Source: Nitrospirota bacterium (GTDB lineage Bacteria > Nitrospirota > UBA9217). Taken from it: a stretch of 64,000 nt of DNA. The notes under the pieces were generated by a model. The model saw nothing but the letters and a program-made list of their open reading frames with translations, was not told the DNA's origin and did not search any database. The position numbers were made by a program, and so were the translations under genes. The stretch lies in contig CAVWHO010000017.1 in NCBI GenBank assembly GCA_963754875.1, forward strand, positions 32,001 to 96,000. Reading direction: 5' to 3'. Shown in pieces: positions 12,809 through 27,381 of the stretch (position 1 is its first letter; each line of letters opens with the position of its first letter).

Positions 12809-13447
12809 ATGGTGCTGATTAGGCTTGTTGTCGGCCCGCTCCAGGTCAACTGCTTTATTCTCGCAGATGAAAAGACCAAGGAAGCCGTCGTGATCGACCC
12901 GGGCGATGATGCCCAGAATATTCTCAAAGTCATCAAAGAAAAGGGTCTCCAGGTCAAGTATATCATTGATACCCATGCTCACTTCGATCATGTGGGCGCA
13001 AACAAGGCGATAAAAGACGCGACGGGCGCCGAGTTGCTGCTCCATAAAGCTGATGCAGCGGTGCTCGCTACGGTTTCTCGCCAATCGCAGTCGTTCGGTA
13101 TGGAACCGGTTTCCTCGCCGCCTGCCGACAGGTACGTTAAACACGGCGACGTCATCACCGCAGGAGAAGTTGCGCTCAAGGTTCTGCATACGCCGGGCCA
13201 TACGCCCGGAGGCATAAGCCTGCTCGAACAGGGCATGGTCTTTACCGGCGACGCGCTGTTTGCGGGCTCCATCGGCAGGGCGGACTTCCCGGGCGGCGAC
13301 CTCATGACGCTTCTTCGCTCTATCAAAACAAACCTTATGACATTGCCGGATGATACCAAGGTCTTCTCCGGCCATGGTCCCGCTTCCACGATCGGCGACG
13401 AGCGTCGGGAGAATCCCTACCTGAATAAAGATTCCGGGTTTGAATAA
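12809..13447 (+). CDS. MBL-fold metallo-hydrolase (glyoxalase II-like)
   Basis: THAHFDH, HTPGHTPG, FTGDALF, GHGP. Confidence 0.93.
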   Translation: MVLIRLVVGPLQVNCFILADEKTKEAVVIDPGDDAQNILKVIKEKGLQVKYIIDTHAHFDHVGANKAIKDATGAELLLHKADAAVLATVSRQSQSFGMEPVSSPPADRYVKHGDVITAGEVALKVLHTPGHTPGGISLLEQGMVFTGDALFAGSIGRADFPGGDLMTLLRSIKTNLMTLPDDTKVFSGHGPASTIGDERRENPYLNKDSGFE

Positions 13448-13457
13448 CCGGTTTTTC

Positions 13458-13486
13458 TTGAGGTTTTGTCTTCAATGTGGTATAGT
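13458..13486 (+). promoter_or_regulatory. Sigma70-type promoter upstream of guaB
   Basis: TTGAGG-17 bp-TATAGT with TGn extended -10. Confidence 0.55.
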
Positions 13487-13565
13487 GTCCGACTTACTCT
13501 AGTGGACCGCGGTGAAGGCATATCGCCTTTGAGTGAGCGGCAGAACTAACGTCCTTTCTTCTTGA

Positions 13566-15090
<1,525 letters not shown>

Positions 15091-15414
15091 CAACTGCGGG
15101 ATGCGGATTTCGAATTAAAAAGAAGAATGACCATGACGGCAAAAGTCACGCATAGTGGGGAGATGCGAGGCAGCAAGACCAGAAAAGAAGTGAATGCTCA
15201 GGTGCTCCGACGGCTTTACACCCTGCAGTCAGGACATGACCATCTGTGGCGACTGCGAAGGCAACAGAGCGAAAAAAAAAGTGCCCCCGGCTGAAGGAGT
15301 GGCTGGCGAAGAGAGAACGGTGAGAGACGCTGTAGTCAGGTGACCAGACCATACGTAATCTTTTTATTGCGCGCCCTGGGTATTCTATTACTCGGGGCGT
15401 TCGTATTTATACCT

Positions 15415-15915
15415 ATGTCAGGCAAAATCAAACTCGGCATCAGCTCCTGTCTCCTTGGGAACAACGTTCGCTTTGACGGCGGGAACAAGCTTTCGCAAGA
15501 CCTCATAGATTCGTTCGGGGGCCTGGTGGAATGGGTGCCCGTGTGCCCGGAGGTCGAGTCAGGCCTCCCTGTTCCCCGAGAGCCGATGCAACTGGTGGGT
15601 GCCAGAGCAAAACCGCGCCTTATCACCCTGGAATCGAAGATCGACCGGACTGCTGAACTCTCCCGTTGGCTGGCAGGAAAAGTAGAACAACTTGAACAGC
15701 AGGGTCTCAGGGGTTTCGTTCTCAAAGCCCGTTCTCCAAGCTGCGGAGTTCGAGATACGCCTCTCTACTCCACAACCGGGGAAATAGTCGGCGTCCGCGA
15801 GGGATTGTTTGCGGAATTTGTAAAGAGTCATTTCCCCTTGCTGCCTGTCGAAGACGAAGAAACGCTGCGTGATCCCGGTAAGAGAGAGTGGTTTCTTTCC
15901 CGAATCCCGGCTTGA
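15415..15915 (+). CDS. DUF523 family protein (2-thiouracil desulfurase-like)
   Basis: GISSCLLGNNVRFDG, VCPEVESGLPVPREP, LKARSPSCG. Confidence 0.88.
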   Translation: MSGKIKLGISSCLLGNNVRFDGGNKLSQDLIDSFGGLVEWVPVCPEVESGLPVPREPMQLVGARAKPRLITLESKIDRTAELSRWLAGKVEQLEQQGLRGFVLKARSPSCGVRDTPLYSTTGEIVGVREGLFAEFVKSHFPLLPVEDEETLRDPGKREWFLSRIPA

Positions 15916-15978
15916 TTGCAATTGCTCTGTAGAGCCTGTATAATAATCTGTGTTAGGCATGGTACATGAAAGGATCAC

Positions 15979-17463
15979 ATGTTAGAACGTATTCAAAAGA
16001 TCATATCTGCGGCAGGAGTAACGTCTCGGCGTGCTGCGGAACAGCTCATCACCGAAGGCAGGGTGCGTGTGAACGGCCAGGTAGTGACCGAGCTTGGGAC
16101 TAAGGCTGATGCAAACAAGGACCACATCAAGGTCGATGGCAAGCTTATCAACCCCAAACAACCGTTGGTTTATATTATGCTGAACAAGCCCGCCGGCTTT
16201 GTCACGACCATGGCCGACCCTGAAGGAAGGCCGACAGTGCTGAATCTGCTCAAAGGCCTGAAGACCCGCGTTTATCCTGTCGGGCGCTTGGATTATAATA
16301 CTGAAGGACTTCTGCTCCTGACCAACGACGGGGATTTCGCGCATCTTATCACCCACCCCAAACATGAATTCCCCAAGACCTACCGTGCGAAGGTCAAAGG
16401 CGTGCTCGAAGATCATCAGATCGAGTTGCTCGAGCAGGGCATCTACCTGGATGATGGAAAGACCGCACCGGCAAAGCTCAAGAAGGTAAGCAAGGAGGAA
16501 GCGAACTCCTGGCTGGAGATCACGATCCATGAGGGAAGAAAACGCCAGGTCCGGCGCATGTTCGACCGTGTAGGCCATTCCGTGATCAAGCTCAAGCGCA
16601 CCAAAACGGGCAACCTGATACTCGGCGATCTTCCGGAAGGCGCTTTCCGCTATCTTACGCCGGCGGAGGTCGAGGCATTGAGGGAACTTGCAGTGAAGGA
16701 TTTAAAAACTGTGATAAGAAGCCCGAAGCCGGAAAAGAAACAGGAAAAAACGGAAGAGCGGGTTCAAAGACCGTTCACCAAGCCGGGTGCAAGCTCCGGT
16801 ATACGGGCAACGGGCAGCAGAACACGTCCGGATGACAGGCAGGGCCGGGGTCCGGTGCGTGCACATAGGGATAGGGACGATGACCGCAGGCCAAGCCGCG
16901 GCCCCCGTGCACCGGAACAACGTACTTTTGCGGGCGCGGCCCCCCGGGAAGGCAGAAGTCCTTTGTCGGCAACGAGAGGACCACGGCCTGATGACAGACG
17001 GTCCGCATCATACGGCCAGGGCCCGAGGAGCGAAAGCAAATGGAAGAGCCAGGGGCCCCGGGTCCCTGGACAGGGCGCAAGCGGCAGAGGTCCGAGGCGT
17101 CCTCCCAGGGATGCGGGAAGCATGCAAAGCCATGCAACCGCGTTTACACGGCCCGGATCAGGGAAAAGCCCGGTGACCAGCGAGAAAGGCTGGAGAACCA
17201 CGGGAACAGACCGTCCGGGGCAGGCATCAAGGAGCCAGGGCGCGCCTGGAAGTTTTGCCGACAAACCCAGGGGCAAGAAAACCATTGCCGCAAGGATCCG
17301 TGGGAAAATATTTGATAAAAGCACAGAGCTGAAGCCAGGAACAGAACGGACAACAGGGTCGAGCAGCAAGGATCGCAAACCCCGGCGTGCATATAACCCA
17401 CAGGAAAGAGGAACATCAACAGTTCAGGGTGCAAGCCGCAAGCCTTATCGTACGAGACACTAA
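15979..17463 (+). CDS. rluB: RluB/RsuA-family pseudouridine synthase with long low-complexity C-terminal tail
   Basis: S4 domain, NKPAG, GRLDYNTEGLLLLTNDG, EGRKRQVRRM. Confidence 0.9.
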   Translation: MLERIQKIISAAGVTSRRAAEQLITEGRVRVNGQVVTELGTKADANKDHIKVDGKLINPKQPLVYIMLNKPAGFVTTMADPEGRPTVLNLLKGLKTRVYPVGRLDYNTEGLLLLTNDGDFAHLITHPKHEFPKTYRAKVKGVLEDHQIELLEQGIYLDDGKTAPAKLKKVSKEEANSWLEITIHEGRKRQVRRMFDRVGHSVIKLKRTKTGNLILGDLPEGAFRYLTPAEVEALRELAVKDLKTVIRSPKPEKKQEKTEERVQRPFTKPGASSGIRATGSRTRPDDRQGRGPVRAHRDRDDDRRPSRGPRAPEQRTFAGAAPREGRSPLSATRGPRPDDRRSASYGQGPRSESKWKSQGPRVPGQGASGRGPRRPPRDAGSMQSHATAFTRPGSGKSPVTSEKGWRTTGTDRPGQASRSQGAPGSFADKPRGKKTIAARIRGKIFDKSTELKPGTERTTGSSSKDRKPRRAYNPQERGTSTVQGASRKPYRTRH

Positions 17464-17547
17464 ATGCCCGGACAAAGCAGGGGAAAACGAACAAGGAAGA
17501 GATCTCCGGCCAATGGCATTTTCCCCTCATCTTCGAGTAAACAGCAT

Positions 17548-17838
17548 ATGGACCATCTACGCGCGCAGGTGATCGTACACGGATTAGTCCAGGGAGTTTT
17601 TTTTCGGGCATCCACGCGCGACGAGGCCATACGGATCGGCGTCGGCGGCTGGGTCAGGAACCTGCCGGACGGGACCGTTCAAGCGCTCTTCGAGGGGGAC
17701 ACGAAGAAAGTCGAGGAAATCATCGGCTGGTGCCACAAGGGCCCGCCGGGCGCACGGGTGAACAAAGTGGACATTCTTTGGGAGCCTTACAAAGGAGAGT
17801 TCAAACTGTTCGAAATTCGATATGGCTATGTCGATTAG
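17548..17838 (+). CDS. acyP: Acylphosphatase
   Basis: GLVQGVFFR, GWVRNLPDGTV, GPPGARV. Confidence 0.93.
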   Translation: MDHLRAQVIVHGLVQGVFFRASTRDEAIRIGVGGWVRNLPDGTVQALFEGDTKKVEEIIGWCHKGPPGARVNKVDILWEPYKGEFKLFEIRYGYVD

Positions 17839-18547
17839 ATACCTTTTGCCGGGCCTAGCTCTCATCTTCCTTTTCAGCGGGTGCAAAGCTGAAAAACCGG
17901 TGGCACAGAAAAAGCCGGCTCCCGCCGTGGTCGTGAGGCAGAAACATCCCGTGCTGCGCGCGGAGCAGCGCAAAGAGCTGGGGTTCCCGGCCGGCCTGAT
18001 CGCAAAGGTCGAGTTGGCGGCCGGCGCAGAAGCGGAACCGTTTTTCATGACCGTATTCATGCGTTCGGAGAACCTGAAAGGCGATAAGGGGTTTGAGAGC
18101 GAGAAACTCGCCGGATTCAGCGTTCACACGAAACGGTCCGATGATGTCATCAATGCTCTCCGCGCGTCGCTGCGAGCGCAAGGCTACCTGATTTTTAAAA
18201 CCCACAGAGGTTACGGACAGCTGCCCGATGTCCTCACGGTCATTAAAGGCAATAACTCTTACGATATTCTCAAGATCCAGTCCACTGAAGGACAGAACTA
18301 CCATCTCGATACCCGGGCGATCATCGCCTGGCTCAAGGAACAGCAAAAGCTGGGGTCGTTCGTTGTTATTGGCGCGGGTCCTGACTGGATTGAGGCAAGG
18401 TTTATTAAACCGCCGCAGAACATGTTTTTGTTTGCAAAGAAAGTGAATGGCTTTGCCCCTGACGTGATGGTGCACGGCCCCAAAACCGTGGACAAGCTTG
18501 CCGAGCGGATGAAGCGGATGAACGGGTTCTATCTCGTGTGGGACTGA
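17822..18547 (+). CDS. Lipoprotein, DUF4253-like C-terminal domain
   Basis: Lipobox LFSGC; TEGQNY, FAPDV and terminal LVWD pattern. Confidence 0.7.
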   Translation: MAMSIRYLLPGLALIFLFSGCKAEKPVAQKKPAPAVVVRQKHPVLRAEQRKELGFPAGLIAKVELAAGAEAEPFFMTVFMRSENLKGDKGFESEKLAGFSVHTKRSDDVINALRASLRAQGYLIFKTHRGYGQLPDVLTVIKGNNSYDILKIQSTEGQNYHLDTRAIIAWLKEQQKLGSFVVIGAGPDWIEARFIKPPQNMFLFAKKVNGFAPDVMVHGPKTVDKLAERMKRMNGFYLVWD

Positions 18548-18591
18548 AAAAGGCAGGGTCCAGGAGTCAGGGGGCAACATCATCAGAATCC

Positions 18592-19474
18592 ATGAAAACG
18601 GTCATGAACATTCTCATCGGCATCGTCCTCCTTATCGTCGCACTCTCATTCATCCTCGTCTATGTCAATACCCATCCTCCTAAATATCCGCTCCATGTCC
18701 CGCCGTCGGTTTACCAGGCCGAGTACGAAGATGCGTCCTTCCTGACCACGGACGGCGTCGCTCTTGAAGGGGTGGCTCGTGAAACCAGTGCATCCCGCGT
18801 GGCGATCACCAGCGATCATTCTGTGCCACGGCGTGGGCGCGAACAAATCCGATTTTACCGAACTTGCTGTTTCGCTTGTACGGCGGGGATATTTTGTTCT
18901 CCTCTTCGATTTTCGCGGCCACGGCGAGAGCGGAGGGAACAGAACCTCGCTGGGATATCATGAGCAAAAGGATGTTGCAGCAGTTCGCAATTATCTCGGT
19001 AACAGGCGGGAGATCGACGTCAAACGAATCGGAATCTACGGCTTCTCCCTGGGCGGCGCTACCGCCATTCTTGCCGCGGCGAATACCAGCGCGTTCGCCG
19101 CTGTTGTGGCGGACAGCGCATTCACGAGCCTGCGCGACCAGGCGCGAGACGCGATCACGGGATTTTATCATTTACCGGCATTCCCTTTCCTCCCTATCGC
19201 CGTTCTTGGATATGCTCTCTATTTTCAGGCTTCTGTTGATACGGTTTCGCCGGTGACAGGGATTGTCAAAATTTCTCCGGTCCCGGTACTGATTATCGCA
19301 GGGGAGGGGGACAGGCTCATTCCCGCGGATAATGGCCGCAGGCTCTATGCGGCTGCAGGGAAGCCGAAAGAGCTCTGGATCATCTCCGGTGCGGACCACG
19401 GCGGCACGCTTGCGGCCGCCGGGAACGAGTATGAGAAGAGAGTGGGGGGATTTTTTGACAAGTATCTGAAATGA
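18592..19474 (+). CDS. Membrane-anchored alpha/beta hydrolase (apparent frameshift near 18765)
   Basis: N-terminal TM helix; ILCHG, FDFRGHGES, GFSLGG nucleophile elbow, GADH. Confidence 0.85.
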
Positions 19475-19557
19475 TTTTTGCCGCAGTACTCTATAGTCAG
19501 CGTCTGACCGTATTTTTATTTTTGACACAATCTCTCTTTTGCGGTAAGGTGTCTTGC

Positions 19558-20256
19558 ATGCGTATCCTCGGGATAGAAACATCAACCAAGACCGGCAGTG
19601 TCGCCGTAGTATCAGACGATTGCGTCATTGCTCAGTACAGCCTGAATATTGAACTCACCCATTCCGAACGGTTGATGGCAACCGTGGACCGGGTGCTCAA
19701 GGACACGGGCCTTGCCATCGCTGATCTGGTCGGTTTTGCCGTTGCAACCGGGCCGGGATCGTTCACGGGACTTCGCATCGGTATCTCAACAGTGAAGGGG
19801 CTTGCGTTCGCAACGGGTAAACCAGTAGCCGCAGTGCCTACGCTCCAGGCCTTGGCGTGGAACCTTCCCTTTGCCGGGTATCCCGTCTGCCCGCTGCTCG
19901 ATGCCCGCAAAAAGGAAGTATATGCCGCGCTCTATAAAAATGATGATTCTGTTCCCGTCCAGATGATGCCGGAAACGGTGATCTCGCTCAACCAGCTTGC
20001 TGCCGAGGTTCCCGGCACCACGATATTCACCGGCGAGGGTTCATATATCTACCGTGCAGAGATCGCGAAAATATTCAGCACGCGCGCGTTGTTTGCTCCG
20101 CGATCCGCGATTCTTCCTTCAGCAGCAGCGGTCGCGGAGATCGGTCTTGAAATGCTCAGAAACGGAAAGCAAACAGACCCCGATACGTTGTCGCCAAAAT
20201 ATATACGCAGACCAGAGGCAGAGGTGGCGTGGGAAAAGAGACAGAAATCACAATAG
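19558..20256 (+). CDS. tsaB: t6A tRNA modification protein TsaB
   Basis: [35 protein letters not shown]. Confidence 0.95.
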   Translation: MRILGIETSTKTGSVAVVSDDCVIAQYSLNIELTHSERLMATVDRVLKDTGLAIADLVGFAVATGPGSFTGLRIGISTVKGLAFATGKPVAAVPTLQALAWNLPFAGYPVCPLLDARKKEVYAALYKNDDSVPVQMMPETVISLNQLAAEVPGTTIFTGEGSYIYRAEIAKIFSTRALFAPRSAILPSAAAVAEIGLEMLRNGKQTDPDTLSPKYIRRPEAEVAWEKRQKSQ

Positions 20257-20724
20257 ACTTCATGAAAAAGGATGACATCGACCAGGTCATGGCCATCGAG
20301 CAGACTTCATTCAGCATGCCCTGGTCGAGAAATCTGTTCCTCTCCGAATTTAGAAGCCCCGGCATCTCCTCGCTCATGGTTGCGCTGTCTAACGCTCCTG
20401 CCCGCACCATCGACGGTTACATCGTGTTCTGGCTCGTTGCGGACGAGATGCACATCCTGAACCTCGCCGTGGCTCCTCTCTTCGAGACGGCAGGGGATAG
20501 CAAAAAAACTCGTGCTTGCAGCGATTAAACGGGCCCACTACAAGGGGGCACGGAGAGCATTTCTGGAGGTCCGGTCCTCAAATGCGGCAGCCAGGAAACT
20601 CTACATGGATCTCGGTTTTACCGGTACCGCTTTGCGGCGGGACTACTATGATGCACCGGTAGAGGACGCAGTGGTCATGACCCTGGAGGCAGGTGCTTTT
20701 GTAAGCTTGGCGAACGCCGCATAA
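20229..20724 (+). CDS. rimI: Ribosomal protein alanine N-acetyltransferase RimI (apparent frameshift near 20483)
   Basis: FSMPWS, DEMHILNLAV; shifted RRQGIA..LEVRSSNAAARKLY..GF..RRDYY..EDA; follows tsaB. Confidence 0.9.
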
Positions 20725-20879
20725 CAGCTGATAACCATATGTTTTTACAGACGTTCTACGCACTTGCAATTTCCATTGAAATGTGATATTTTTTTGTAGT
20801 CGCACAAATCTGATGATAGTTTTATAGCTTTTTTCCTACGCCTTTTCATCGAACTCACCCCTAAAAGGAGGTACGCATT

Positions 20880-21119
20880 ATGATGAATGTGGAGGTAAGC
20901 GAAGAAGCATTAGTTGCTAGACTCAGGACCGAGGATCCGGAGTTCCAGAAATGGGAAACTGAGCATAACAAACTGGACTCTACACTGAAGAATATCGATT
21001 CGCACGTGTATCTCACTCCTGAGGAAGAAGTAGAGCGGAAGCGAGTCCAGAAGCTTAAACTCGCGGCAAAAGACAAAATGATGGACATGGTCAGGCGGTA
21101 CAAGGTCGGCAGAGCCTGA
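20880..21119 (+). CDS. Small coiled-coil protein, DUF465/YdcH family
   Basis: EHNKLD, LTPEEEVERKRVQKLKLAAKD; AAGGAGG RBS. Confidence 0.75.
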   Translation: MMNVEVSEEALVARLRTEDPEFQKWETEHNKLDSTLKNIDSHVYLTPEEEVERKRVQKLKLAAKDKMMDMVRRYKVGRA

Positions 21120-21179
21120 TGGCAAAAGGGCAGGGTAAAAAACCTTGCCTTTTCCGTTTTAAGACCCCACACAATACCG

Positions 21180-21220
21180 AAAATCCCTCTTTCCCGTGTA
21201 AAGGTAAGAGGGATTTTTTT
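21180..21220 (+). terminator. Rho-independent terminator
   Basis: AAAATCCCTCTT...AAGAGGGATTTT followed by T run. Confidence 0.7.
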
Positions 21221-21402
21221 ATTGACTAAAATCATCTATCTATGTTAAAAATAATGATATTCAGCCTGCAAAATTCAGGAGCTGCGAGTGCAGCATCCTT
21301 TCTCAGTGCGGCGTACCTCATGCGTACGCCGGATTTGTCTGGAGAGGTCATCGTGCGCCGGTCCGCAGGTTTCCGTGCTATAACATTGTGAGGAGCCAAA
21401 AG

Positions 21403-23052
21403 TTGAGAAGCGACAGAATCAAGAAAGGCTTGGAGCGTGCGCCGCACAGGTCTCTTTTATTCGCTACGGGCATCACGCGAAGCGAACTTGACAAACCCAT
21501 GATCGGCATTGCCACGAGCTGGAATGACCTCATTCCCGGCCACATCGGCATGCGCGACCTGGAGCGCTTCATTGAGAAGGGCGTGCACGCCGGCGGCGGA
21601 TGGCCCCTCTTCTTCGGGGTGCCCGGCATCTGTGACGGTATTGCCATGGGGCACATGGGCATGCACTATTCGCTCGCATCCCGCGAGTTGATCGCGGACA
21701 TGGTGGAGTCCGTGGCAATGGCCCACGCCTTTGACGGGCTCGTGCTGCTCACGAACTGCGACAAGATCACGCCGGGCATGCTCATGGCGGCAGCGCGGAT
21801 CAACATCCCGACCATCGTCGTGACCGCCGGCGCCATGTACTCCGGCAACTACCGCGGCAGCCGAGTTAATCTCATCAGCGCCTTTGAGGCAGTCGGCAAG
21901 GTCAGGAAAGGCGAGATGTCTGAAATCGACCTTGCAGAACTTGAGACCTGTGCCTGCCCGGGCCCCGGTTCGTGCCAGGGCATGTATACGGCGAACACCA
22001 TGGCCTGCGTCACCGAGTCGCTCGGCATGAGTATGCCGGGATGTGCTACGGCGCTGGCCGTTTCGGGCGAGAAGCGGCGGATCGCCTTCGAGAGCGGAAA
22101 ACGCATCAGCGGCATGGTAAAGGAAAATCTTACTCCCCGGAAGATCATGACAAAGAACGCCTTCGAGAACGCCATCCGCATCGACATGGCGCTCGGCGGC
22201 TCGACGAATACGACGCTTCATATTCCGGCAATCGCCCATGAGGCGGGTATCAAATTATCGATCGACACCTTTGACAAGATCAGCCGCACGACACCGCACT
22301 TGTGTAACATGCTGCCCGGCGGTCCTACCTATATGGAGGACCTGTATGCTGCAGGCGGCATACCGGGTGTTTTATCCCGCTTCACCAAGGTACTCAAACC
22401 TTCACCCACGGTGAGCGGCAGATCCATCATCGACCATGCAAAGGCAGGCCGCGTCGGGAACGACGACGTCATCCGGACCTTGAAAAATGCCTACCACAAA
22501 GAGGGCGGGATCGCAGTGCTCTCCGGCAACCTTGCGCCGGACGGCTGCGTAGTAAAGCAGACGGCGGTGAGTGACAAGATGAAAAAGTTCGATGGCACGG
22601 CCGTCGTGTTTGACTCAGAAGAAGAGTCGATGAAGGCCATTCTCGCGAACAAGATCAAAGCTGGTCATGTGATCGTGATCCGGTATGAAGGGCCCAAGGG
22701 CGGGCCGGGCATGCGTGAGATGCTCTCTCCCACGTCGGCCATTTCCGGCATGGGGCTGGGAGAATCCGTTGTTCTTTTGACCGACGGCAGGTTCTCGGGC
22801 GGAACGCGCGGCCCGTGCATCGGCCACATCTCGCCCGAGGCGGCGGAGGGCGGGCCGATCGCAATCGTGCGGAACGGGGACAGGATCATCCTCGACATCC
22901 CGAACCGCAAATTGGAACTCAAGCTTACCGGTGCCGAGATCAAAAAGCGGCTCGCGAAGTGGAAGCCACGGGACCCGAAGATCAAGACCGGATGGCTTGC
23001 GCGGTACGCCAGGGTCGTAACCTCGGCAAATACCGGGGCTATCGTTAAATAA
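21403..23052 (+). CDS. ilvD: Dihydroxy-acid dehydratase
   Basis: TTG after [40 protein letters not shown]. Confidence 0.97.
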   Translation: MRSDRIKKGLERAPHRSLLFATGITRSELDKPMIGIATSWNDLIPGHIGMRDLERFIEKGVHAGGGWPLFFGVPGICDGIAMGHMGMHYSLASRELIADMVESVAMAHAFDGLVLLTNCDKITPGMLMAAARINIPTIVVTAGAMYSGNYRGSRVNLISAFEAVGKVRKGEMSEIDLAELETCACPGPGSCQGMYTANTMACVTESLGMSMPGCATALAVSGEKRRIAFESGKRISGMVKENLTPRKIMTKNAFENAIRIDMALGGSTNTTLHIPAIAHEAGIKLSIDTFDKISRTTPHLCNMLPGGPTYMEDLYAAGGIPGVLSRFTKVLKPSPTVSGRSIIDHAKAGRVGNDDVIRTLKNAYHKEGGIAVLSGNLAPDGCVVKQTAVSDKMKKFDGTAVVFDSEEESMKAILANKIKAGHVIVIRYEGPKGGPGMREMLSPTSAISGMGLGESVVLLTDGRFSGGTRGPCIGHISPEAAEGGPIAIVRNGDRIILDIPNRKLELKLTGAEIKKRLAKWKPRDPKIKTGWLARYARVVTSANTGAIVK

Positions 23053-23178
23053 ACAAGCGCTAAGCAGCCAGCCCCAATCCAAGATAAGTTGCACGTTCCA
23101 ACGGTCAAACTCCAAGCGTTTCGGAAATTGGCGCTTTGAATTTGGATTGTGATTTGGTATTTAAACATTTGGAATTTC
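23053..23178. repeat. Degenerate inverted short repeats between ilvD and ilvB
   Basis: Left units AATCCAA/TTCCAA/CTCCAA; right units TTTGAAT/TTTGGAT/TTTGGTA/TTTGGAA. Confidence 0.4.
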
Positions 23179-23204
23179 ACGAACACGAGAACAATAGGTG
23201 ACTC

Positions 23205-24944
23205 ATGTCGAATAAAGAGATAACCGGTGCTGAAATCCTTCTTGAATGTCTGAAGAAGGAAAAAGTCGATACGCTCTTCTGCTATCCCGGCGGCGTGGTG
23301 CTCAAGATATTCGATGTGCTCTACGACCAAAAGGACGTTCGCATGATCCTGCCGCGGCACGAGCAGGGCGGTGTCCACATGGCCGACGGCTACGCGCGTT
23401 CCACTGGCAAGGTCGGTGTGGCCCTCGTGACGTCGGGTCCCGGCGCCACCAATGTTGTCACGGCCCTTGCCACGGCGTATATGGATTCCATCCCGCTCGT
23501 CGTATTTACCGGCCAGGTGCCGACGGCCCTCATCGGCAACGACGCGTTCCAGGAGGCGGACATCGTGGGCATCACCCGTCCCTGCACGAAGTATAACATT
23601 CTCGTGAAGGACGTGAAGGAGCTTGCCCAGAACATTAAGGAGGCCTTTTACCTCGCCTCGACAGGCCGTCCCGGCCCGGTGCTCGTTGACCTTCCGCGCG
23701 ACGTGGTGACGAACAAGGCGGAGTTCCACTATCCCGACAAGGTCGAGATCAGGAGCTATAATCCCACCGTTTACGGGAACAAGTGGCAGATAAAGCAGGC
23801 GGCCGAGGCGATCGCCAAAGCAAAGAAACCCGTCGCCTATATCGGCGGCGGTGTTATTCTCTCGAATGCCGCTTCGGAAGTCCTCGAGTTTGCCGAGATC
23901 ACGAAAATCCCGGTGACCCACACCCTGATGGGCATCGGTGGCTTCCCCGGCACCCATCCGCTGTCGCTCGGCATGCTCGGCATGCACGGTACCTATTATG
24001 CGAATATGTCAATCCACAACTCAGACCTCATTGTCGCCATCGGCGCGCGGTTTGACGACCGCGTGACGGGTAAAGTGGAGGGGTTTGCGCCTGAGGCCAA
24101 GATCATCCATATTGACGTTGACCCGACGTCAATCAGGAAAAACGTGCGCGTGGACATCCCGATCGTGGGCGACGTAAAGCATGTGCTGGTGGAACTCAAC
24201 AAGGAACTCCATCACATCAAAGAGCCCTGGGAGGCTATCCGGAAGAGCTGGCTCAAACAGATCGAAGCCTGGCGCGAAGAGCGTCCGCTTACTTACGTGT
24301 ATGAAGATGACGTCATCAAGCCGCAGTTCGTGGTCCAGAAACTCTACGAGATCACGCATGGCGACGCGATCATCGTGACCGATGTGGGCCAGCACCAGAT
24401 GTGGGCCGCGCAGTACTACAAGTTCGACAAGCCCCGGAACTGGTGCACCTCCGGCGGCCTCGGGACCATGGGGTATGGGTTCCCGGCTGCGATCGGCGCC
24501 AAGGTCGCCCATCCCGACCGGGAGGTATTCAGCATCTCGGGTGACGGAAGCATCCAGATGAACATCCAGGAGCTTGCAACGTCGGTGGAAAACAATATTC
24601 CGGTGAAAGTGGTGATCCTGAACAACCGCTACCTCGGCATGGTACGGCAGTGGCAGGAGCTGTTCTACTCTGAGCGCTACTCGTCGGTTGATCTCGGGAG
24701 CACGCCGGATTTCGTTAAGCTTGCCGAGGCGTATGGTGCGATCGGTTTGCGGGCGGTCAAGCCCACAGAAGTGGAGCCGGTTCTCAAAGAGGCGCTTAAG
24801 GCTAAGAGGACGGTGTTCATGGACTTTGTGACCGCACGGTACGAGAAGGTCTTCCCCATGGTGCCGGCAGGCGCGGCAATTCACGAGATGATTTTCGGCG
24901 AGGAAAAGAAAAAGGAAGACAAAAAACTCAGAGTCGTGAAATAA
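23205..24944 (+). CDS. ilvB: Acetolactate synthase large subunit
   Basis: [39 protein letters not shown]. Confidence 0.97.
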   Translation: MSNKEITGAEILLECLKKEKVDTLFCYPGGVVLKIFDVLYDQKDVRMILPRHEQGGVHMADGYARSTGKVGVALVTSGPGATNVVTALATAYMDSIPLVVFTGQVPTALIGNDAFQEADIVGITRPCTKYNILVKDVKELAQNIKEAFYLASTGRPGPVLVDLPRDVVTNKAEFHYPDKVEIRSYNPTVYGNKWQIKQAAEAIAKAKKPVAYIGGGVILSNAASEVLEFAEITKIPVTHTLMGIGGFPGTHPLSLGMLGMHGTYYANMSIHNSDLIVAIGARFDDRVTGKVEGFAPEAKIIHIDVDPTSIRKNVRVDIPIVGDVKHVLVELNKELHHIKEPWEAIRKSWLKQIEAWREERPLTYVYEDDVIKPQFVVQKLYEITHGDAIIVTDVGQHQMWAAQYYKFDKPRNWCTSGGLGTMGYGFPAAIGAKVAHPDREVFSISGDGSIQMNIQELATSVENNIPVKVVILNNRYLGMVRQWQELFYSERYSSVDLGSTPDFVKLAEAYGAIGLRAVKPTEVEPVLKEALKAKRTVFMDFVTARYEKVFPMVPAGAAIHEMIFGEEKKKEDKKLRVVK

Positions 24945-25042
24945 ACAGCACAAAATTGTATCTGAGCTGTTGCACACGATTAACATGCAGGGGATTTTTT
25001 TAAGCCGCATTAAAATCCGTGGTTAACAACAAGGATGATCTC

Positions 25043-25516
25043 ATGAGACACATCATATCCGTACTGGTTGAAAATAAATTTGGCGTGTTGTCGCGCGTAT
25101 CGGGGCTGTTCAGCGGCAGGGGGTTCAACATCGAGACCATTTCTATCGGCCCTACGCTCGATCCCACGATCTCCCAGATGACGATCGTGACCACGGGCGA
25201 CGAACGCATTCTTGAACAGATCCTCAAACAGCTGAACAAACTGATCGACGTCATCAAAGTAACGGACCTGGCGGAAAAAGAATTCGTCGAGCGTGAAATG
25301 TGCCTTATTAAGGTCAATGCGCCGGCGGAGCACCGGGCAGAGGCGCTCAGGATCGCCGACATCTTCCGCGCCCGGGTCGTCGATTCCTCACAGAAGAGCT
25401 ATACGTTCCAGGTAACGGGCGACGAGAAGAAAATCATGGCGATCATCGAGCTGCTTCGTCCCATCGGAATCAAGGAAATTGTTCGTACCGGCAAGGTAGC
25501 GATAACCAGAGAATGA
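25043..25516 (+). CDS. ilvN: Acetolactate synthase small subunit
   Basis: ACT domain [36 protein letters not shown]. Confidence 0.95.
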   Translation: MRHIISVLVENKFGVLSRVSGLFSGRGFNIETISIGPTLDPTISQMTIVTTGDERILEQILKQLNKLIDVIKVTDLAEKEFVEREMCLIKVNAPAEHRAEALRIADIFRARVVDSSQKSYTFQVTGDEKKIMAIIELLRPIGIKEIVRTGKVAITRE

Positions 25517-26190
25517 TTGAGGTCAACGGAATGAGAATAACGGACTGGACAGGGAAGACGCGTTATGCAATGGGATGGGTGATCTCGGTGCTCATGGTGA
25601 TTGTGCTTTTCTCCGGATGCGCAGAGAAGGGGCCCATCCTGCTCAATATCGGATATCAGCCCGCGGAAGGCAAGGCTGTCACGGCAAGGAACGTCGTTGT
25701 CGGCCTCAGCCCGTTCAAGGACACCCGCGGTACAGCCACATCGGTCATCGGCACAAGAACGATTCCGAGCGGCATGCAGAACGATTTGGTCGTGCAGGGA
25801 ACGGTATCGGACGTGGTCACAACCGCGCTTAAGGCTGCACTCAAGGAACATGGCCTGGTCGTAAAAGATGTTCCGTCGTGGGACCTTAGTGCAGAGGGGA
25901 TGAAAGCCGAAGGTGCCGAATTGCTGTTCGGCGGCGAGATCAAGACAATGCAGTTGGAGTCGAAGGCCACATCGTTAAAAACAAACCTGACCACTTCCGT
26001 CCAGATTAAGATCGTTGTCGGTGACATTGCCGCAAAGAAGATCATCAGGACGCTCGACGTGCAAAGCAAGATTGAACAGGAAATCCTCTATTCCCGCGAT
26101 AAACTGCAGAGCGCACTTTCCGAAGCTTTGACATCGGCGCTTGATCAGATTTTTCAAGATGACGTGCTGAGCAAGCGGCTCCAGAATTGA
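25513..26190 (+). CDS. Hypothetical lipoprotein (YajG-like); start uncertain
   Basis: Lipobox LFSGC; FKDTR; alternating beta/alpha pattern. Confidence 0.6.
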   Translation: MIEVNGMRITDWTGKTRYAMGWVISVLMVIVLFSGCAEKGPILLNIGYQPAEGKAVTARNVVVGLSPFKDTRGTATSVIGTRTIPSGMQNDLVVQGTVSDVVTTALKAALKEHGLVVKDVPSWDLSAEGMKAEGAELLFGGEIKTMQLESKATSLKTNLTTSVQIKIVVGDIAAKKIIRTLDVQSKIEQEILYSRDKLQSALSEALTSALDQIFQDDVLSKRLQN

Positions 26191-26309
26191 CAGGGGACGT
26201 TATCGCCGGCTTAAATAACGCCAGTCATTGTTTCAGGCCTTGACGACTTCGTTCATGCCCGGCACAAACCTGCACAACCGGCCACGCTACCAGGCCGGAG
26301 AACTGATAA

Positions 26310-27371
<1,062 letters not shown>

Positions 27372-27381
27372 GAAAATCCGT

